Positions 33,537 to 37,836 of a stretch of 37,836 bases of DNA are shown one piece after another. The position numbers and the translations under genes were made by a program. The notes beneath the pieces were generated by a model. That model worked only from the letters and a program-made list of their open reading frames with translations. It was not told where the DNA came from and searched no databases. Each line of letters begins with the position of its first letter. Position 1 is the stretch's first letter. Source of the stretch: a virus. The stretch lies in IMG/VR virus record IMGVR_UViG_3300030523_000001. One strand, 5' to 3'.

Positions 33537-33816
33537 TGCCTGTTGTTTCCACGGGCCGGGCTGTCTGAAGCAGTCGCGGCCTTTTGTCGTTCTCTTTCTC
33601 TCGCTCGATACGTCCCGTTACCCCCTCCCTCTCCACGCCGTTGCTGCTGTAGCACTCGCGCCCGCGTAGCCCTATGCGGTAATGTGGAGCCCCGTGCCAC
33701 GCCGTTACCTGTAGCGAAACTGCTACATTTAGGACGACCTAGGCGTAGTGTAGCACAAGATTGCATTAAAAGCGGTTGCAAACAAGGATTGCCGTTGCTG
33801 CGTATAATTGAGGGGA

Positions 33817-34034
33817 TGTGGATGGCGCGAACCAAAAAGGAGAAAACATTGGATGCCAACGTGACAGTACGTATGCCCCGCGACCTGTACGAGCGCCTAG
33901 AGGCGGTCGCCAATCTCGACCAGCGCCACATCGGGGAGATGGCGCGCATGATCCTGGCTGAATGTCTACCAGCCGTGGAGCGGCGACTGGCTGCACGAGC
34001 GGACCAGGAGCGCGAGGAGCTGCTAAAGCAATGA
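33817..34034 (+). CDS. Ribbon-helix-helix protein (70-72 aa; ATG 33817 or 33823)
   Basis: ..NVTVRMPRDLYERLEAVANLDQRHIGEMARMILAECL.. . TATAAT at 33804-33809 lies only 7 nt before ATG 33817, so the mRNA may be leaderless. No convincing -35. Confidence 0.6.
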
Positions 34035-34393
34035 GTGCGCGGTCTATCGCCCACAGCGCAGCGGCGCGGCTGGCACAGTTCATCACGGCAGCCAGCCGGC
34101 GACCGTGGGCCGTCCTCTGGATACCGATCCCTACCGCATGGCAAATCGCGGCGCAGTCGGCCAGCGCCAACCGTGTGGCGTGGACGGCGCTCGCGCTTCT
34201 GCTCAGTATCCCTGAAGTGATAGGGTTGGTGTGCATCCTGGCGCTCTTGGTGTGGAGCATCTGGTCGGCGGGCAAAACCGTCAAGCGACGCCGCGCCAAC
34301 CAACCACCACGCCTGTGGGTCTATCCCTGGTACGCGCGCATCGGGTGGTGGTTTGGCGCCGGATTTTTCTTGACCAGCGTCATCGTCCATTAA
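34031..34393 (+). CDS. Membrane protein (120 aa)
   Basis: ATGA overlap with the RHH stop. TM segments ..VAWTALALLLSIPEVIGLVCILALLVWSIW.. and ..IGWWFGAGFFLTSVIV.. . Confidence 0.5.
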   Translation: MSARSIAHSAAARLAQFITAASRRPWAVLWIPIPTAWQIAAQSASANRVAWTALALLLSIPEVIGLVCILALLVWSIWSAGKTVKRRRANQPPRLWVYPWYARIGWWFGAGFFLTSVIVH

Positions 34394-34641
34394 CGCGGGG
34401 TGAGGACGTAGCACGGCACGATCCCGGCGCACAGCGATCCGCACGGGGGATAGTGCCCCACTTCTTGAAAAGATAGATGTGCTAGGTACAGGCGTGCCAC
34501 CCGCCTTCTGCGGTACGCTACAGGCGCGGACGGTTCACGGTGTTTGTGTTGCTACCGTGGGCCGTTCGCCTGTCCTGCGCGCTCTCAACGCGTCAGAGGA
34601 GGGTGCCCCGCCACTCGGCATCAATCCGCCTCTGCCCTCTG

Positions 34642-35379
34642 CTAGGCCCCCCGCTCGTAGGCATCGCGCGCGCGGCGGCGGTCGACCGCACGCCAATACG
34701 CGTCAAGCGGCGCTGGCGCGCTCCCCGCCTCATCCGGCGTTGGCGGCGCGGCCACAAGAGGTAGCACTTGTTCCTGATCCTGCCCCTGAGTCGGAACCGG
34801 GACGACTGCCGCCCGCGCCTCGGGCGCGTCGCCGGCGTCGTCGTCCAGCGACCCGGCCTCCAGCGCGGCGCGCTCCAGGTCCATCGCCGCGCGGGTGTCC
34901 AGCCAGTCCGTAAGCGCCTCCACACAGCGCAGGATCGTCGTGTGGGCGGTCGAGCGGCAGACGCCAAAATCAGCCCCGATACGCGCGTACGAGTGCCCCT
35001 CGTCGAAGCGGGCGCACAGCATGCCGTAGGCGCGCTCGTCGCGGTCCTTCAGCGCCTGTAACGCCGTGATAAGCCGCTTCACCGCGCCGCGCTTGGGGTC
35101 GGGTCCGCACAGGTACGTCACCATCTGCGCGGACAGCACCGGCATCCCCGCGCCATCGTAGAGCAGTGAGGCGTAGGGGCGCGGGTCGATCATGGTGAGC
35201 GCGCCGTCGTGTGCGACAATTCCCGCCTCGATCTTGTCGCGCGTCACGAACGTCCCCGGAAAACCGCGCGCCGTCATCTCTTCGTCACGCGCGTCGTAGC
35301 GATCGCGCCCCCGCGCGTCGGTGTCTGGCTGGCTACCTGTGGTGTGGCGTGTGGTGGACCGGCCGATGGCTTGTGTCAT
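34642..35379 (-). CDS. Regulator with sigma-70 region-4-like HTH (245 aa)
   Basis: ..ERAYGMLCARFDEGHSYARIGADFGVCRSTAHTTILRCVEAL.. . AAGGGG upstream of ATG 35379. Confidence 0.5.
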   Translation of the reverse strand: MTQAIGRSTTRHTTGSQPDTDARGRDRYDARDEEMTARGFPGTFVTRDKIEAGIVAHDGALTMIDPRPYASLLYDGAGMPVLSAQMVTYLCGPDPKRGAVKRLITALQALKDRDERAYGMLCARFDEGHSYARIGADFGVCRSTAHTTILRCVEALTDWLDTRAAMDLERAALEAGSLDDDAGDAPEARAAVVPVPTQGQDQEQVLPLVAAPPTPDEAGSAPAPLDAYWRAVDRRRARDAYERGA

Positions 35380-35463
35380 GGGGTGCCCCTTTCAGCATGA
35401 CAAACGTGCGCGCCAGACACGCGCACACGACATAAGTATACGGATGGGACACTAACGGGGCCT

Positions 35464-35614
35464 CGCGCGCGGGCACGCGGGGAGCCGCCGCAACTCAAAA
35501 TAAAGACGACACCGTGTCGTCTTTACGCGCGCCCGCACGCGCAGGGAGCCGCCGTTGAGGAAAAATTTCCTCAACCGCCCCAGGCTCGCGCGCCCGCACG
35601 CGCAGGGAGCCGCC
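35464..35614 (-). CRISPR. Orphan CRISPR-like mini-array: two identical 28-nt repeats plus one degenerate repeat, spacers of 33 and 36 nt
   Basis: CGCGCGCCCGCACGCGCAGGGAGCCGCC at 35526-35553 and 35587-35614 (61-nt period). A degenerate copy at 35464-35489 has 2 substitutions and a 2-nt deletion. Orientation is inferred from the repeat hairpin, the AT-rich flank next to the perfect repeat and the terminator in the distal spacer. No cas genes in the window. Confidence 0.4.
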
Positions 35615-35618
35615 ATCA

Positions 35619-35939
35619 ATGAAACGGCAAATTATCCATATCGAATATTTGCCTGATGCGAACGCCCACGCGACCCAGTCACCACTCAAGCAGAAGGAGC
35701 GGCGACGGTTGGCGGTGGCAATGGCAGGGCGACATCCAGACTGGCCGCACGAGAAGATTGGCCGCTTGGTGGGGTTGAGCCGAGAAGCCGTTGACAAGAT
35801 CATGCAAGCCGAAGAGATCATAGCGCAAATAAACCCGAATGGTAATATTACCATCCCCGATACGACAGCCCGCGCCATGACCGAAGCGCTCCCCGCCACG
35901 TACACACCGCGGGCCGAAGCGGCAACCGCGGGCAATTAA
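35619..35939 (+). CDS. Small HTH protein (106 aa)
   Basis: ..RRRLAVAMAGRHPDWPHEKIGRLVGLSREAVDKIM.. . The start abuts the last repeat of the mini-array. Confidence 0.45.
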   Translation: MKRQIIHIEYLPDANAHATQSPLKQKERRRLAVAMAGRHPDWPHEKIGRLVGLSREAVDKIMQAEEIIAQINPNGNITIPDTTARAMTEALPATYTPRAEAATAGN

Positions 35940-36838
35940 GAGCGTAGCCAGCGCAGCACGCGTACACGCAGAGAGGTCACAGAACGCGCGGTAGGCGTCG
36001 GTGCGGCCCCTGAGTCCTGCGGAGCGGCTGGCGCGTCCTGGGCCGCGTGTGGGGCGTCCTGGGCACGCAACCGCTCACGTAAGACGCCGATCTCTTCGGC
36101 CTGCTGCTGGATGGTCGCGACCAGCTCGCCGATGAGGTCGGACCCCGCAAGGTCGGACAGCCGCCGGTCACTGTCCGCCGGACGTCCGGATATGTCCGGA
36201 CGGCGTCCGGGCGTTATGTCGATAACATTGGTAGCACGCTCATCACCAGGGCCGTTAGTGTCCGCGACTAGACCGGACGGGCGTCCGCTGGCAGCCATCA
36301 ACTCCCGCACGTCGCCCACACGCACGAGCTTTTTATGATTACCGTCAACCGCCGGGAGCTTCCGGCCGGTGATCCACCGCCGTAAGGTGCGCTCCGTCAC
36401 CCCGGTGAGATGGCTTGCGGCGGCGACAGTGACATACTCGTCCATAGCCGTATCTCCCTCCCTTGGACGTGCGCGCGTCTTATGCCGGTTTCCGCGCTGA
36501 CTCCCATGGCGGTTCTTTTGCACCATGTCCCGCGAATTATCGGCGGGCGTGCCCAGGAAGAGATGAGCAGGGTTACAGCACAGCGGACGGTCACAGCGAT
36601 GAAGAACCAATAGCTTATCAGGGATGGGGCCGTGTGTAATCTCCCACGCCGCGCGGTGGGCTTTGACCGATCGACCGTCGAGGTTGAAGTGCCCGTATCC
36701 GGTACTGGTGCGCGCGACCGTCCAGAGCCAACAGGGGATGTTGTTCCAAAGTGGGCCGGTTTTGTTGACTTTGGACCAGAAACGCTGCGCGGTGTAGGAG
36801 GAAATAAAAGATAGGTGTGGGGTAGACTGAGGTTGCAT
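35936..36838 (-). CDS. HNH endonuclease (HNH_3-type) fused in frame to a MerR/excisionase-type HTH and coiled coil (300 aa)
   Basis: ..CWLWTVARTSTGYGHFNLDGRSVKAHRAAWEITHGPIPDKLLVLHRCDRPLCCNPAHLFLGTPADNSRD.. is the HNH_3 pattern. ..EYVTVAAASHLTGVTERTLRRWITGRKLPAV.. is the HTH. AGGAGG upstream of ATG 36838. Confidence 0.7.
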   Translation of the reverse strand: MQPQSTPHLSFISSYTAQRFWSKVNKTGPLWNNIPCWLWTVARTSTGYGHFNLDGRSVKAHRAAWEITHGPIPDKLLVLHRCDRPLCCNPAHLFLGTPADNSRDMVQKNRHGSQRGNRHKTRARPREGDTAMDEYVTVAAASHLTGVTERTLRRWITGRKLPAVDGNHKKLVRVGDVRELMAASGRPSGLVADTNGPGDERATNVIDITPGRRPDISGRPADSDRRLSDLAGSDLIGELVATIQQQAEEIGVLRERLRAQDAPHAAQDAPAAPQDSGAAPTPTARSVTSLRVRVLRWLRS

Positions 36839-37029
36839 GACGGCCTCCTAATCAGGTCGCTGTGCTATGCCGGCGGTGTTACGAGCACACGCCGGCTTGT
36901 GTATGTCTACTTTCCAGTATACCGCCGTCTGAGCATGCGCCGGACACGTCCGGACATGTCCGCAGCCACGGCGACGGACACCATTTCATCGTCCATCATC
37001 GCCGCAGTGTACCATGGCGCGTATGCGAA

Positions 37030-37058
37030 GGGGCCGTAGACGTGATGCCTACGGCCCC
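37030..37058 (-). terminator. 10-bp perfect hairpin downstream of gene 37088-37480
   Basis: GGGGCCGTAG (37030-37039) pairs with CTACGGCCCC (37049-37058). The T-tail on the minus strand is weak. Confidence 0.35.
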
Positions 37059-37087
37059 CTGGCCCTTTACCGGACGTCCTGTGACCT

Positions 37088-37480
37088 TTAGGCGTGCAGC
37101 GGGGGCGAGTTCTGGTCGGCCTGCTCCTTCGCGGCCGCTCTATCGGCCGCGTTCTTTGCATAACGCGCCTTATCGTCCGCGATCTCGGCCAGACGTTCGC
37201 GGCATTGCGCGCCGTCGTCGTCGCCGAGGTGGTCGGCGGCATCGGTCGCCAACCGCGCGGCAATGCGCATCGTCGCGGACATCAGGCGGTACTTCGGGGT
37301 CGGATGGCCGTCCGAGTCGCCGTCCGCGTCGCCGCCGTGGGGCTCGATGGTGTGCAGATAGTAGCGCAGGAGGTTGATGGTGTCCCAAAGGTCCTCCGCA
37401 TCGACGTGAGCGTAGCCCCACTCGCCCTCAGGGGAAAGCTTGTCGCCGTGGGGCATCTTGATCTCGCATGTATCGGTCAT
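37088..37480 (-). CDS. Hypothetical acidic protein (130 aa)
   Basis: GAAAGGA upstream of ATG 37480. No motif recognised. Confidence 0.5.
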   Translation of the reverse strand: MTDTCEIKMPHGDKLSPEGEWGYAHVDAEDLWDTINLLRYYLHTIEPHGGDADGDSDGHPTPKYRLMSATMRIAARLATDAADHLGDDDGAQCRERLAEIADDKARYAKNAADRAAAKEQADQNSPPLHA

Positions 37481-37610
37481 GTGTCGTTTCCTTTCATAAT
37501 CGTGGTTATGGTCGTTTCTCGGTCTCGGATAGATAGCTGGTCGCCGTCCCTCTCCCTCTCCTCCCCCTGAGGCGGTCCCCGCGCCTCCCGTCTACACCCG
37601 TGCCATCGTG

Positions 37611-37814
37611 TCATCGTGCCCATGTCCCACCGGACGCCCGCGCCACAGGGCGTGATCGCACGAGTGGCGTCGATGGCGGGCAGACACGGCGCGCGGGGAC
37701 CAACGCTCCCGCCTGCTGACGCTGCTCAGGCTGGGGTGTATACCGCGCCTCTGCCGCGTCCTGCGCCGCCGTCTGGATGGCTCCTACGGCACGCTCACAC
37801 AACAGCACGGCTTC
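37611..37814 (-). CDS. C-terminal 67 codons plus stop of the junction-spanning hypothetical ORF (N-terminal part at 267..1)
   Basis: Reading ..HERGHD|EAVLLCERAVGAIQTAAQDAAEARY.. across the overlap keeps the frame. TGA at 37613-37611. Confidence 0.6.
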   Translation of the reverse strand, partial: EAVLLCERAVGAIQTAAQDAAEARYTPQPEQRQQAGALVPARRVCPPSTPLVRSRPVARASGGTWAR

Positions 37815-37836
37815 ATCGTGCCCGCGCTCGTGCGCC
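37815..37836. repeat. Terminal direct repeat (assembly overlap of a circular molecule), copy 2
   Basis: Exact 22/22 match to 1-22. Confidence 0.95.

Larger units (their letters stand above)
1..37836. mobile_element. Complete circular conjugative plasmid-like replicon (unique length 37,814 bp once the 22-nt terminal overlap is removed)
   Basis: nt 1-22 (ATCGTGCCCGCGCTCGTGCGCC) are identical to nt 37815-37836. A minus-strand ORF is in frame across the junction. The circle carries a relaxase, coupling protein, VirB4, wall hydrolases and replication genes, and no housekeeping genes. Confidence 0.7.

Noticed and set aside
32636-34444. 602-aa minus-strand ORF, one of the longest in the track
   Set aside because: Arg/Pro/Ala-rich composition typical of GC-rich shadow frames. 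It runs through the pilin-like gene in another frame, the tandem-repeat control region and the oppositely oriented RHH gene. Only its last approximately 156 codons (from ATG 33106, two clear TM helices) were kept, as a VirB3-like candidate.
1-37836. Classifying the replicon as a prophage or phage-plasmid because of the terminase, the tape-measure-like protein and the HNH
   Set aside because: No portal, major capsid, prohead protease, tail tube/sheath or lysis cassette could be recognised. A full relaxase/T4CP/VirB4 set is present. The phage-like genes are reported as an anomaly instead.

Overview
GC-rich 37.8-kb window that is almost certainly one complete circular replicon. The first 22 nt are identical to the last 22 nt, and a minus-strand ORF reads in frame across that junction, giving a unique length of 37,814 bp. 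The gene content is that of a monoderm-type conjugative plasmid, or an excised conjugative element. Transfer genes: a MobV-family relaxase fused to a DUF3991/Toprim primase-like domain (23899-25773), a VirD4-type coupling protein (25884-27974), a VirB4-type ATPase (30088-32784), VirB6/VirB3/VirB2-like membrane proteins, and two large cell-wall hydrolases (SLT at 9873-13529, NlpC/P60 at 14002-16143). Replication block, plus strand, 1752-8507: an RHH protein, a Top6A/Spo11-like 5Y-CAP+Toprim protein ('Mini-A'-like), an excisionase-family HTH, an AEP-like primase/initiator with two identical 25-bp palindromes inside its linker, a J-domain protein and a sigma-region-4-like HTH. Unexpected content: (1) a phage terminase module (TerS-like plus a TerL split into ATPase and nuclease ORFs, 17737-19759) with no portal, capsid or tail-tube genes anywhere on the circle; (2) tape-measure-like and tail-hub-like architectures for the two hydrolases, each preceded by a paralogous small gene; (3) an orphan three-repeat CRISPR-like mini-array (35464-35614, 28-nt repeats, 61-nt period) with no cas genes, whose spacers are hairpins; (4) a perfect Cheo-type LexA box upstream of the relaxase; (5) a lower-GC three-gene cargo cassette behind a near-consensus promoter; (6) four RHH regulators and several long perfect palindromes or tandem repeats in control regions. 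All functional calls come from reading motifs in the supplied translations. No database search was possible, so family names are recognition-based and coordinates of starts are best estimates.
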